The notes under the pieces: generated by a model
What the model was told of the DNA's origin: nothing
What the model saw: the letters and a program-made list of their open reading frames with translations, nothing else
Databases searched by the model: none
Assembly (NCBI GenBank): GCA_964016885.1
Contig: OZ024740.1
Span: forward strand, 291,958,001 to 292,022,000
Direction of reading: 5' to 3'
DNA length: 64,000 nucleotides
From: Eledone cirrhosa
Taxonomy: Eukaryota
Position numbers and translations under genes: made by a program
Shown: in pieces, positions 50,526-62,120 of the stretch
Layout: each line of letters starts with the position of its first letter
Numbering within the stretch: the stretch's first letter is position 1

Positions 50526-51315
50526 CCGGCTTTGCTTAATTTAGGGTTACCATTTTGTAGAGAATAAACGAAGTTGTATTAAATTAGATAATCTGCGAGT
50601 CCATATCATTTGCATGACATACATTTGTATCCGTTGCAAGATAACATTACGAAACACAGTACCACCAGCCGAAAACCCTTCTATGCATGTATGGTCCCGT
50701 AATTATAAAGGGATTCGTAGGGGACAGACACCGTAGTGACATACGGCGTTTCTATGACGTTTTTTTAAAAACCTGGCAGAGACCATTCCCTCTCCAGGTC
50801 TGAATACAGCAGATTTATTCCAGACAAGGATAGAGAGTGAGAGAATGTAAACGAGAAAAAGATATAGAGGAAGAATCGATCCTAGTATTAAACTGATGTT
50901 TATTTTATCAACCTTGAATGGATGAAAGGTATAGTTAACTTCGGTAGGATTTGAACGCAGAGAATAGAGAGCCGAAACGAACGCCACAATCTGATAGTCA
51001 AACAACAGCCTTACAACAGCTAAAACTTCGATTTACAACTATTATATACCGTATTTTTCGGAACATAGAACGCCCTTTTTCTTCCAAAATTTGACCCTCA
51101 AAATCATTGTGCATCTTATAAGGCGAAGGTCAGGTTTGGGGTAATTACCGTATGTAAACAATTTATAATTAAAAGTAGGAGATGTGGGTATGGTGTGGCG
51201 TGCGGTGGCCGGAGGCGGGGGAGTGCTCGACCGGAAGGGTGCTTGGCCGGAAGGATGCTCGACTGGAAGGGCCAGCAGAGGGCCTCTCTAATAACGGTGT
51301 TATTTCGGCGACTGG

Positions 51316-51347
<32 letters not shown>

Positions 51348-51371
51348 ACTTGCCGCAAGACAAATCAAAAC

Positions 51372-52133
51372 ATGGCGACAAGACTACGGATGAACGAAGC
51401 TATCAGGGCATTTACCGGGGAAGGTGATGTTGTCGCTTGGCTGCGGAAGGTTCGGCTGGTCGCAAGCTTGCAGAAGATAGAGGACGTGGCCGGCCTCATG
51501 GCACTGTACCTCGAGGGCGACGCGTTGGTACTCTTCCTTGAGTTGGACGAGCACAGCCAAAGAGATGCGCAGAAGATTGAGAGGCGTCTGATGGATGCAT
51601 TCGCCGAGGGACCGTTGGCGGCTTTTGCTAAGCTGGCGAGAATCAGGTGGAATGGTGAGCGCGTCGACATTTTTGCAGCAGAAATACGGCGGTTGGCCAT
51701 GTTGGCCGGTTACCAGGTGGATTGCGAACGCACGGTGCGGTTGGCGTTCATCAATGGATTTCCGAACGACATAGCGGTGAAACTGCAGCAAGTCCCGGGT
51801 TATAAGGAGATGGAAATGCGTTCACTGGTGGAACAAGCCCGGATCATAGCGGAAGATGCCAAAAAGAGTGTTGCGGCGATAGCAACTACGGAGGCTCAGG
51901 ACACCTGGCAGCGAAATGGTGAAAGGGAGGCAACCTCGGCACGCGGTCGCCCGCGAACGTTTAGAGGGCGCTGTTTTCGTTGCCAGGGCCCGCATATGGC
52001 TAGAGACTGTAGAGAGTCGAAGCCGGAGATAATTTGCTACCGGCGTAGGCGACCAGGCCACATCGCTACTAACTGCGACCAGGGAAACGATCCAAGGGGA
52101 ACTACTGCGCCGGTAGTTGCCCCTTACGAGTAG
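51372..52133 (+). CDS. gag: Gypsy Gag
   Basis: MATRLRMNEAIRAFTGEGDVVAWL...; zinc knuckle CFRCQGPHMARDC, second knuckle damaged (CYRRRRPGHIATNC). Confidence 0.85.
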   Translation: MATRLRMNEAIRAFTGEGDVVAWLRKVRLVASLQKIEDVAGLMALYLEGDALVLFLELDEHSQRDAQKIERRLMDAFAEGPLAAFAKLARIRWNGERVDIFAAEIRRLAMLAGYQVDCERTVRLAFINGFPNDIAVKLQQVPGYKEMEMRSLVEQARIIAEDAKKSVAAIATTEAQDTWQRNGEREATSARGRPRTFRGRCFRCQGPHMARDCRESKPEIICYRRRRPGHIATNCDQGNDPRGTTAPVVAPYE

Positions 52134-54377
52134 CGGCGCTGCCCGTGGTGGAAGTCTTCGTGAGGGGGAAGCCACAGCGAGCCCTCGTGGTCACGGGCTG
52201 TACGACGACACTGGTGACCGCGGGGGTGGCGCAGAGGTGGGGAGGGAAGAGCAGCGTAAGGGCAGTCGACGGCAGGAAATTGAATGCCGAGGTCGCAGCG
52301 AGATGGAAATAGCGGTACGGGGAAGGAGGATAAGGCTTTCCGCCATCGTGGTAGACAGTGTGGTGGATGGGATCGGCGTGGTTATGGGCATGGACGCGAT
52401 TGGCTGTCTAGGGGGCGTCACGGTGAACAATGTCGGTGTGTCGTTTGGCGCCGCTGCATCGGTATGCGCTGTGAGTGCACGTCATGAGAACCAGAAGGCC
52501 CACGAGGAGGAATACCCCGCTTACACTGTGCAGGACAAAGACTTCAAGGCCGTGTTTGATGGGCAGCGATGGGTTGTTGAGTGGTACTGGAAGGGAGAAC
52601 CACCTACACTGAAGACCAAAGTGGGCTGCTATCAACACACATTGAAAGCAAACGCTAGGAGCGAGTTCGAGCGAGAAGTAGAGAGATGGATCGAAGAGGG
52701 CATACTGCTTCCCTGGAAGGAGGAGGTGAAGTGCGGAGTATTGCCGTTGATGGCGGTGGTGCAACCCACGAAGAGCAAGGTGAGGCCGGTGCTGGACTAT
52801 CGAGAGCTGAACGAGCACGTGTCATGCCACACGGGTGGCGAGGTCACGGATGTCTGTGGGGAAAGCCTGCGTGAGTGGAGACGCATGACGGGGGGTTCAG
52901 CGATCGTGGATCTAAAGTCGGCTTACTTGCAGTTGCATATAGATGAGAAGCTCTGGCGGTATCAGCTGGTCAGGTATAAGGGCCGGATATATTGCCTGAC
53001 CAGGCTCGGTTTCGGGCTGAGCTCCGCACCGAAGATCATGGCAGCGGTTCTCAAGACCGCTCTGGGGAGGGCCGACAAGATAAGGAGGGCTACTAACTCC
53101 TATATTGACGACATCCTAGTGGACGAGTCGGTGGTGTCGGCGGCGGAGGTCACGAGCCATTTACGGAGGTATGGACTGACTGCGAAGCCATCAGAAGCAT
53201 TGGAGGGAGGAGCCGCGCTGGGACTTAGGCTACGGCGAGACAGGACGGGCGTTTTGGTATTCCAGAGGGGAAACGAGGTTCCGGAACTGGGCCCAAGTAT
53301 GAGTAGGCGGGAGCTTTTCTCGGTGTGTGGAAAGCTGGTGGGTCACTACCCGATCGCTGGGTGGCTCCGGACGGCATGCAGCTATGTCAAGAGACGAGCG
53401 GGAGGGGTGACTTGGAGTGACAGAGTGGGAGAGAGGACGGTGGCCATGATGCAGGAGATCGTGGGGAGGGTGAAGGCCGACGACCCAGTGCGGGGACGCT
53501 GGTATGTTCCCAAATCACAGAGCGGGGCCGTATGGTGCGATGCCAGCAGCATAGCGCCGGGTGTACACGAAACGGGAAGCCTCCCGGTGGATCGCGACTG
53601 AAAGCGATTGGCGGTGGATACTACCGGCAGGGAACGTACCTCTCGATGGTCGACTGTGGACCAGGTCGAATGGCGATATGGAGGGAGATGAGGACTGGAA
53701 CGGCCGAGGAAATCGTGCAGACGTTGAGAGAGGTGTTCTTGGAGCGGGGCCCTGTGGACGAACTGCTGATGGACAACAGCGAAGCGTTCCGCTCGGAGGC
53801 ACTGAGGGAGATGCTCGATGGATGGAAGGTGGACCGTTTCTTCAGAGCGGTGCACAGGCCGAGCGGGAATGGAATCGTGGAGCGACACCACCGGACGATC
53901 AAGGCAATGGCGGAGCGGGGCCATATCTCACCAATGGAGGCAGTGTTCTGGTACAATATGTCCCCTCGGGTTGGACAGGTCGAGGAATCGGTGCAACACA
54001 GAGCAGTATTCAAATACGAGTGGCGGCACCCGTGCACGCCACCACAACGGCCAGTGGGGAGAGAGAGTGCATTCGTGCAGGTGGGCGAAGAAGTCTGGGT
54101 TAAGCCCCCAGATGCACGTTGCACATCTCAATGGGGAAGGGGAACGGTGACGGCCGTAAATTCAAAGAACAATGTGTCTGTAGACGGGGTACCACGTCAT
54201 GTCCTGGATGTAAGAAGAATCACTGTGTCGACGGAATCCGAGGAAGAGGAAACCCAAGATGAGGTGGAAACCCAGAGCTCTGCCCCAATACTACGGAGAT
54301 CGCAACGAAGTCGTAGACCACCAACCTGGACAGCAGATTTTCATATGCAGAGGGACGAGGGGGAAATTGATCCTTGA
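52082..54377 (+). pseudogene. pol: Gypsy Pol (protease, RT, truncated RNase H, integrase core)
   Basis: Protease ALVVTGCTTTLV (catalytic D replaced by V), frameshift near 52280, RT RPVLDYRELN and YIDD. RNase H start WCDASS runs almost directly into integrase KRLAVD...DNSEAF...GNGIVER; in-frame TGA at 53599-53601. Confidence 0.9.
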
Positions 54378-55529
54378 GATCAGGGGGGGGGGGTATGGTG
54401 TGGCGTGCGGTGGCCGAAGGCGGGGGAGTGCTCGACCGGAAGGGTGCTTGGCCGGAAGGATGCTCGACCGGAAGGGCCAGTAGAGGGCCTCTCTCTAGTG
54501 GTGACCAGCAAACGGTGTAAACGCGAGTTTTGGGCAGCTCCCGGTGTTAAGCAGTTGGACGCACGTGGAAGAGGAGTAACGTGCAGTGGAGTTTAGCGGC
54601 GCCTATGAAAAGCGGTAAGTGAGATAGCCTTTTCTAACCACAGGAGATATTTAGACTTTTGTTTAAAGTTTCGAAAGTATACCTTCTTGTTTGGGACCAA
54701 TTTCGTGCACATACGACTGAGAGCACAGTAAGGAGGGTAGAGAACTTAAACACTAAAACACTGTCATACCTGGTGGACTGACTTCTCAATTACAACCCCT
54801 TGATGTTTCACTAAACAAGTCTTTTAAGGTACACATGAGAGAGGAATGGGATAATTGGATGAAAGACCCGCAACATGAACTGAGACCGACAGGATGTTTG
54901 AAGAGGCCTATGTTTTCCCAGGTAACCCAGTGGGTTAAAAACTCGTGGGGTGCTGTGAAAACCGAGACAGTTATAAAAGCTTTAAAAATGTGGCATCTGC
55001 AACACCCTAGATGGCACTAAAGATGATTTTCTGTAAAATGATAGCGACACAAGTGATACTGAAAACAGTGATGACCCCGAGGAATGCGAAGAAGATGTTG
55101 AATTTCAGGAACTAGTCGAGGGTGAGAGCCAGGAAATCTATGAGGATGACAGTAGTCATGATTTTATAAGATCTGAAACTGAATAAAATTTTATAGTGTT
55201 AATTCCTCTTAATTTTATTTTTCCTGGATATTCATGTTAAATTTAGAGTGCGTTCTATATTCCGGTGTGTCTTATATTCCGAAAAATACGATATATATAT
55301 ATAAATTGAAAAAAAAACGGAGTTAAAGACTCGCGTTAATCTCCTGTTATTTTATGAGCTCAAGGAATAAAATACCGGGCTCTCAATAAAACAGATATAG
55401 AGAAGAAAACACATAGTGAAGGATATAAGATCTACGAAAAGTGGAGAAAATACATAATAATTAAGAGGTAAAATTAAAATGTAAAAAACCCCTAGTAAAT
55501 GAAAACAATCACCTTTTCTGTCCCCCCCC

Positions 55530-55561
<32 letters not shown>

Positions 55562-55564
<3 letters not shown>

Positions 55565-55645
55565 GGAACAAGTAAGACCCCGACGGCTGAGCTCAAGCCG
55601 TTTCGACGGCTTGAGCTCAGCCGTCGGGGTCTTACTTGTTCCTAT
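55562..55645. repeat. Perfect 84-bp hairpin (40-bp arms, TTCG loop)
   Basis: ATAGGAACAAGTAAGACCCCGACGGCTGAGCTCAAGCCGT-TTCG-exact reverse complement. Confidence 0.95.
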
Positions 55646-55878
55646 TACCCACTCTACTACCCTAAGTATTGAGTACTTTGGTGCGTTATGGTCCACCTGG
55701 TTCCTTACCACATTTCCTTCGTTATATAGTATATATATATATATATAAGCAAAGGGATATTTAATTTGTTGATAATTCAACAAATATATTTATAACAGAT
55801 TCGAAGCACTCAACAACTTTTCTGGAGTATAATATCAATGATATTAATAAATGAAAACTATATTTATAAAACCATATT

Positions 55879-55939
55879 TATTCTATTATATATATTTCAA
55901 GGGTACCAAAACTTTGGTACGCCCTCATCAGATAAAATA
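55879..55939 (-). ncRNA. Type I hammerhead ribozyme in a Penelope pLTR fragment (~55760-56005)
   Basis: UAUUUUAU-CUGAUGA-GGGCGUACCAAA-GU-UUUGGUACCCUU-GAAA-UAUAU-AUA-AUAGAAUA; flanks homologous to ~34550-34750. Confidence 0.8.
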
Positions 55940-56770
55940 CAAAATTTGTTTTATAAATATTGACATATCCATGAATGAGACCTTAACGGTTCAAGTTTCA
56001 CCTGAATATATATATATATATTATATATATATTAGAAAGATCGAGTATCGAAAAATCGGCGCACGAGTTCACGATAAACAAAATTCGAAATGAGCGGCAG
56101 AGGGCTCAATAATTCAGATGAATCAGAGCTATAACTATCGTTAAAATACCGTCACATATAGAACAAGTCTACAATCAACCATACGATAAAAAATCGATAA
56201 TAGAAGATTCGGGACAAACAGATAAAAAATATCAATAAAACAATACATCAATAATTTAAATGAATAATATATATAAACTTCATCTGAAAGCGCCGACAAC
56301 ACACAAAGGACAATATTCGTGCGACAAAAATTCGCGTGGCTTGTTCATCTTTGTGAGCCATTTTATCTTTCATCATGAAACGCTAGTCAATAGAGAAAAT
56401 ACTTGAATTAATTTAGTTCATTGTTTGGGTCAGTTCAGTTTAGAATAATTACGAATGCCAGCGAGTTAATAACAAGTCACTGGTTCGAGCTGTGGAGCAG
56501 GCACTAAACGATTTCTACAACATTCTAATTCTTAAAAAAAAAAAAATAATAATTGTTTCTACTTTTGGTACAAGGCCAGCAATTATTCAGGTACTTTATT
56601 TTATCGACCCCGTAAGGATGAAAGGCAAAGTCAACCTCGGCGGGATTTGAACTCAGATTGTTAAGTGACGTAACTATGCTGGAAAGCATGGCATCCGACC
56701 CTCTATCGATACTGCCACCCCCCCCCCCCCAATAATCAACAGGTGATTGTCCACCTGAATAATAATCTTA

Positions 56771-56780
56771 TGCGCATGCG
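56771..56780. promoter_or_regulatory. NRF1/EWG-like motif upstream of Ly6 gene 2
   Basis: TGCGCATGCG about 260 bp upstream of the ATG in otherwise CpG-poor DNA. Function not demonstrated. Confidence 0.35.
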
Positions 56781-57040
56781 TACGAAGCCATCAAATTTAT
56801 TGTGACAATAAACTATTTAGAAACGTGATTTTTAATTTAGAAAGATAATCTCTTTAAGAGTATTATAATAAATCATTTAAAGGAAATACCTATATTTGTA
56901 AAACAAAATATAAAATTTATCACCAAAATTACATATTGTCACCGCCTTGTTACCTGGCGTACGTTAAGTCAATGAGGTGGAAGTCATAGTAGCCAGGTGC
57001 TGTAATTACGTACTGCCATATTTTACACGGACCTTTTAAT

Positions 57041-57086
57041 ATGAAGTGCTTTTTATTTTTAATTGCGTTGGCTTATATACCCGCGG
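57041..57086 (+). CDS. Ly6/uPAR gene 2, first coding exon (signal peptide)
   Basis: ATG..MKCFLFLIALAYIPA + G|GTAAG phase-1 donor. Hydrophobic leader joins the exon at 59880 in frame. Confidence 0.8.
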
Positions 57087-59879
57087 GTAAGTTGTTTACG
57101 TCATTCTTGTTTCTTTTTTTTCACCCATTTCCAATTTTCCAAAGTTCCAGAGCGACTAATATTTTCATTTTAAAATCTAAAAATTGTCCATATTATCATT
57201 TTCAAAATGTTCATTTCCTCTTTAGATACTATGCTTATTGAACTTGAATTTTGTTAGTTTTTTATGTTTTTTAAAATTTAAAATAGCAACATATTTTGTT
57301 GTTTAATAATATTTATATCACTTGCGACACTAGTAATTACTTTCTTCCCCAGCTTTGTTAAACTAATACGTCAAACGGCTATATTTTTGTTTATATGAAC
57401 GTATTTTATTAGTTGTATGAATTTACAGTAGAATAACGTTACAAATATGTTTTAAATATAAACATAAATAACAAGAAATCCTGCTCCCTTTGATATGTGA
57501 CATCCTCTCCTTCCCAACTAGGACTAGTTCCACCAGGGAGTTGTATGAAGTTTTACTACAGTGAAGAGAGCTTGTTTATATTAATATCCAAATCCATACT
57601 GGACTCTTACCGACAGAAACAGCCACAACTAGTTAGCCTTTCCAAATGTTATATCTTTATCGAATATAGACGACCTACTTCGTCAATCTTACTGAAATAT
57701 CTTTATTCAGATAACAAATTTTTTTTTTTATTAATTAGAATTAAATTTACCTTTGTATAACTATTTTGTAGCGAAGTTGACAAATTCCTGTTATTAAGGT
57801 TTCTCATAAAAATATGTATTCAACAAATATATTTATTAACACTATACTCATTAGTGAAAACAGTATTAAATAGTTTAAAGAATATAGATAATCGTTTGAG
57901 TAATTATTCAAGATTGGTTTATAGAGTGCGAAATGTTTAACTCTCTTAAATTTTGATCAGGTATCTCTAGGTGATAGTGATTCAAAGTGTGTCGCCATAC
58001 ATTCACTCGTGTGATAACATTTACTTACTATTTAAATTAGGGTAACTTCCACTTGCAATTCAACAATCTGATTTATATCTACGTTTAAAATCAAATAAAA
58101 CTATAAGTATAGCTTAGATTATTCTTTTACTTTCAAATTTATCTCAAAATTCTATCAGTAACAATTATAAACGTTCAAATTTCTTTACGTAATTCATCGA
58201 ATATATATATATATACACACATACATACATTGGGTGTCTCCCTCCCAAAATGTATAGATACTTCGACAGCATTCTAATAAATATTGCCTGTAAAGGTAAT
58301 CAAAGTGTATATACAATTTTTGGACAATATATATATATGTACACATATATAGTGTGTCCCTCCCAACTTCAACAGTATTCTAATATATATTGCCTGTAAA
58401 GGTAATCAAAGTAGGTATACATTTTTTGGACACCCAATATATATAGATGCCGTTTATTATTAGATGACATTTATAAATATCTTGACTCCACATTTTACGA
58501 AAGTAATCTCTCCATCTCCGATAAACATCGTAATTAAAGTTAACCCACCTGCTTAAATTACTTCCTAAAAATGTCTATCTCTAGTGCCCCTTCGTTCCAA
58601 TTCAACCACATCTCATTAAGTAGATTTGCACGATCTACAAGGAATAGCATATTTAAAAAAAAGTAATGACACATTAAGTAAAGTAGTACTAGGTATATTA
58701 TGCCTGAAATAAAGACAAGGTGGTCACATCTAGAACGTCTTTGATTACTCGGTCAAGGCTGACCTGGAATTATATAACAGCAACAATGCATACCTATGAG
58801 TCAAGAGGGAGCTTTAACACTTTCGCACACCTTGCTTGAAATAACTGCCATTTATTCCTGAAAACACACCCTATCGTCGTAGAAAAGAAAGGACCCACTG
58901 GATGATGTGGTTCTGGTTGCACAGTGTCTGTGAAAAAGAAGTGATTGTGTTGGAACAGCTTTCATCATAGGTCTGCTCAATCAACAAGACCTATGTACAT
59001 GTATGTATATTTGGGATGTCCCACTGGACGACCGAGGATGAGATAGGATGTATATCTACACACATTCATCGAGCTATTTAACACATTCTGTTTCTTTCCA
59101 GTTAACCATCAATATTTTCCCCCATATACTTCTGAAGAGATATCTATCAAGTTGTGATTATCTCTATTGAAACGTGAACTTAGCAAACAATATTGAACAA
59201 TAACTTCAAATTGAAACTGTTAGTGGGTATGGGGTGACTCTTTAGTCCTGCAACAGATCTTTCCAGTGCTGTTGGCATGATAAAATACATGCAGTCATTG
59301 TAGGCTGGTTACTGATAGGTAGGACATCAAGCCATAAAAACATGGCACACGTATAATAAATAGCAGGAGGGATTGAGAATTTTCTCAGCCTGTGAGACGG
59401 GTACTACATGACCAGCTCATGCCAATATGAAAAAGACAAAATGGGGACATAGCTAATTTGTATATTTATTTCAAAGGCATTAACAACATATTTGGAAAAA
59501 AGTACAAATTAGTATCCAACACTTCTTGATTTTTAGAAATAGCGGCCAGATCTCCCTCAAACCACATTCTTAAAAATAAGGACCTATTGAATAATGTGAT
59601 GTAAGCTAAACTATGTCTGAAAAGAATGAATAGTTATGGTTAGCGTCTCTTAGATCATTGGGCTGTTTGACCAGTTAAACACTATTAAGTTCTTTTTCAC
59701 AAATAGAAAGGAACTAAACAAGATTTTTCCTTGTAATATTAACTAGATTTACTTTGGGTTTTTATAGAAATATAGATTGCTACATGTAATATTTTTTCGA
59801 GAATTCCCTCTTCTTAATTTCAGTATTATAATGAAGTAGTGATATTAATGAAGTTTCATTTAATTTTTTTTAATTTCAG

Positions 59880-60041
59880 GTATTGCCATACAGTGCTACC
59901 AGTGTGACAGCAATGAAGACCTTTCTTGTCCTTCAACTGAATCCTTTGATACAGGAGTTAATGCAATGGTTGATTGCAATAGCTTTGAAGCAAATGTACC
60001 TGGGCAGTTTTGCATGAAAAGGTATCAGCAAAGCCCTGGAT
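59880..60041 (+). CDS. Ly6/uPAR gene 2, second coding exon (N-terminal half of LU domain)
   Basis: TTTCAG acceptor, GTAAGT donor at 60042, phase 1/1. Translates GIAIQCYQCDSNEDLSCPSTESFDTGVNAMVDCNSFEANVPGQFCMKRYQQSPG. Final exon not seen before 64000. Confidence 0.88.
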
Positions 60042-60169
60042 GTAAGTAAAAAGAGCCTCAATTGTTTAAAGATGAATTATTTTACACATTATGTGGTCGC
60101 TTGATCTGCTAGAAATAGTAGCTAAATCTCCTAGAAACAACACCCAAACCTTAAAAAAAAAAAAGACAC

Positions 60170-60410
60170 TTCTTTGCCCACTTATTCATGAAAGGGTTGT
60201 GGGGGAAGAGTCCTCAAACACTCTCTCCAGTGGATCCTGTCAGAAGCAACCATCTCCAATTGATCCAGCTGGATCCCCAAATGAGACCAGCCAAGCCCAT
60301 GGATGTTATCCAACCTTGCTCGAGGTCTACCCTTGGGTCTCCTGCCTGTTGGTTTTGCCTTTAAAATCTGTCCAATGATTTTTACCTGAGACATTCTAAC
60401 TACATGCCCA
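60170..60410 (-). mobile_element. Second RTE-family 3' fragment (representative)
   Basis: KPTGRRPKGRPRARLDNIH motif. Other copies approx.: 4470-4580(-), 33590-33790(+), 41760-41970(-), 49210-49330(-), 61020-61200(+). Confidence 0.75.
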
Positions 60411-61626
60411 TAAATTCTCTATATCTATATATAAGAAGTGACCACTATGGCTGGAACATAAGTCAATTCAATCAGGAATGACCTGAAGCAAATAAACAGC
60501 TTATTAAATTTAATTATTAACTGCACAACAGTAAGAAATGTATAAATATAGAAATTTATTTCCTTTGATGTACAAATATTTTGGAGAAAATTACTCTAGA
60601 GGAATAGTTTGGGAGCAATTAAAGATTTATTCATAAAATAATTGATAGAATTTTGCATGTTTAAGCCAAACATTACTTTTTACATGGCTGTTAATGTTAA
60701 AGAGAGCCTGTACATAGTTGTTTGACTTTCTAGAAATAACAATCGAATCTCCCTCAACTAACACTAAGATCTTAAGAAAGGAAAGGACTCCTTAGTATAT
60801 AAAAAGATGGGTTTGTCATGATTAGAATACCTTTGATCATAGGCTTACACAATCAGGATTGGCTTGTAGTTAATACAATAAATTTACTGGGCTATAAGAA
60901 TTTGATTGTGAATACAAGCGACCAAATGGGGTTCCAGTGTCTATGGAGTGATGTTCCTGATAGTGTGTGGCTCAGAGATGAGTCACTCCAGGTAGAGCCA
61001 ATACTTCTCTAAATTGAGAAATGTCAGCTCCGATACCATAGGTATGTGGTTAGAATGTCTGCGGAAAGAATTGCTGGGCGGATTTTACAGGCAAAACCAA
61101 CCAGCAGGAGACCAGGGGAAGACCTCAAGCAATATGGTTGGATAACATCCATTAGCTTAGCTAGTCTCGCTTGGGGATCCATTTTGGAGATGGTTGCATA
61201 CACTGTAAAGTTGGCCTGATGGTATCACAACAAAAAGTATCCATCCCACACTGTAAAGTGATTGTGTAGGTGTCACAACAAAAAGCACCTTGCATACACT
61301 ATACATGTGGTTGACATTAGGAAGGGCATATAGCCATAGAAACCAAAGCCAGAAACAGTTCTGTATGAGCAAGACACAGTCACCTGGTACTGGCTGCTGA
61401 ACTGGGGAATCCTAAAAACTATTCAAACCCAACATCAGAGCATGTTAACCCCCCCCCCCCCCCCCTTCACTGACTTGAGAGGGCGTGCGGTAGAGTGAAG
61501 GGGCGATTCCTGAAAAGATAAAATGTCGGTATACCTAGCCTGGCATCAGCCATACGGGCCAGCTAGTATTATATATATATATATATATATAGTTAAAAGA
61601 ATAGAGGTGTAACACACAAGTTATTA

Positions 61627-61885
61627 TATATTGGTAAACGGAATAGAAAATGCTGACAAATTGTTCACAGTTGAAAAATGGTTTAATTAGGAATAAAAGA
61701 GTATTAGTGATTGTATGGGTTAGTATTCAGTTGTGGTTTTAAGTTTTTAAGTTTTTACTGGTTGCGCATTTCTAAATGTTTTTCAAAAATAATTTTGAGA
61801 TAGTGTGTCCGTGTTGTTTGCTCTGATCTGATTAGTTTTGGGAATTCTACTGTGAACAATTTATCAGCATTTTCTATTCCGTTTA

Positions 61886-61932
<47 letters not shown>

Positions 61933-62120
61933 TCAGAGCAAACATCACGGACGCTCTATCTCAAAATTATTTTTGAAAAGCATTTAGAAATGCGCAACCG
62001 GTAAAACTTAAAACCAAAACTGAATACTAACCAATACAATTACTAATTCTCATTTATTCCTAATTAAACTATTTTTCACTGTGAACAATTTGTCAGCATT
62101 TTCTATTCCGTTTACCAATA
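61627..62120. repeat. Inverted + partial tandem repeat around (TA)n, Penelope pseudo-LTR-like
   Basis: 61627-61832 is inverted at ~61928-62120; the terminal ~40 bp is repeated at ~61850-61890. Confidence 0.7.

Larger units (their letters stand above)
51183..54642 (+). mobile_element. Ty3/Gypsy LTR retrotransposon (defective)
   Basis: TGTGG...CCACA termini, 5-bp TSD GGAGA (51178-51182, 54643-54647), LTR homology ~51186-51290 / ~54391-54497, polypurine tract ~54382-54393, gag-PR-RT-RH-IN order. Confidence 0.95.
51049..55291 (+). mobile_element. pogo-family DNA transposon, internally deleted, interrupted by an LTR retrotransposon
   Basis: TA|CCGTATTTTTCGGAA ... TTCCGAAAAATACGA|TA TIRs. DDE remnant ~54680-55020: LLVWDQFRAH, IPGGLTSQLQPLDVSLNKSFK, WVKNSW. 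Confidence 0.85.

Noticed and set aside
51365-54150. Overlapping alternative-frame and antisense ORFs within the Gypsy element
   Set aside because: Expected from high GC content; no motifs beyond gag/pol.
59128-59180. Plus-strand CUGAAGA...GAAACGUG hammerhead
   Set aside because: GUG triplet and broken stem I; at most a decayed remnant.
61447-61565. Second Helitron 3' end (GC-rich hairpin-like + CTAG|T)
   Set aside because: Hairpin is imperfect and no matching 5' TC end could be assigned confidently.
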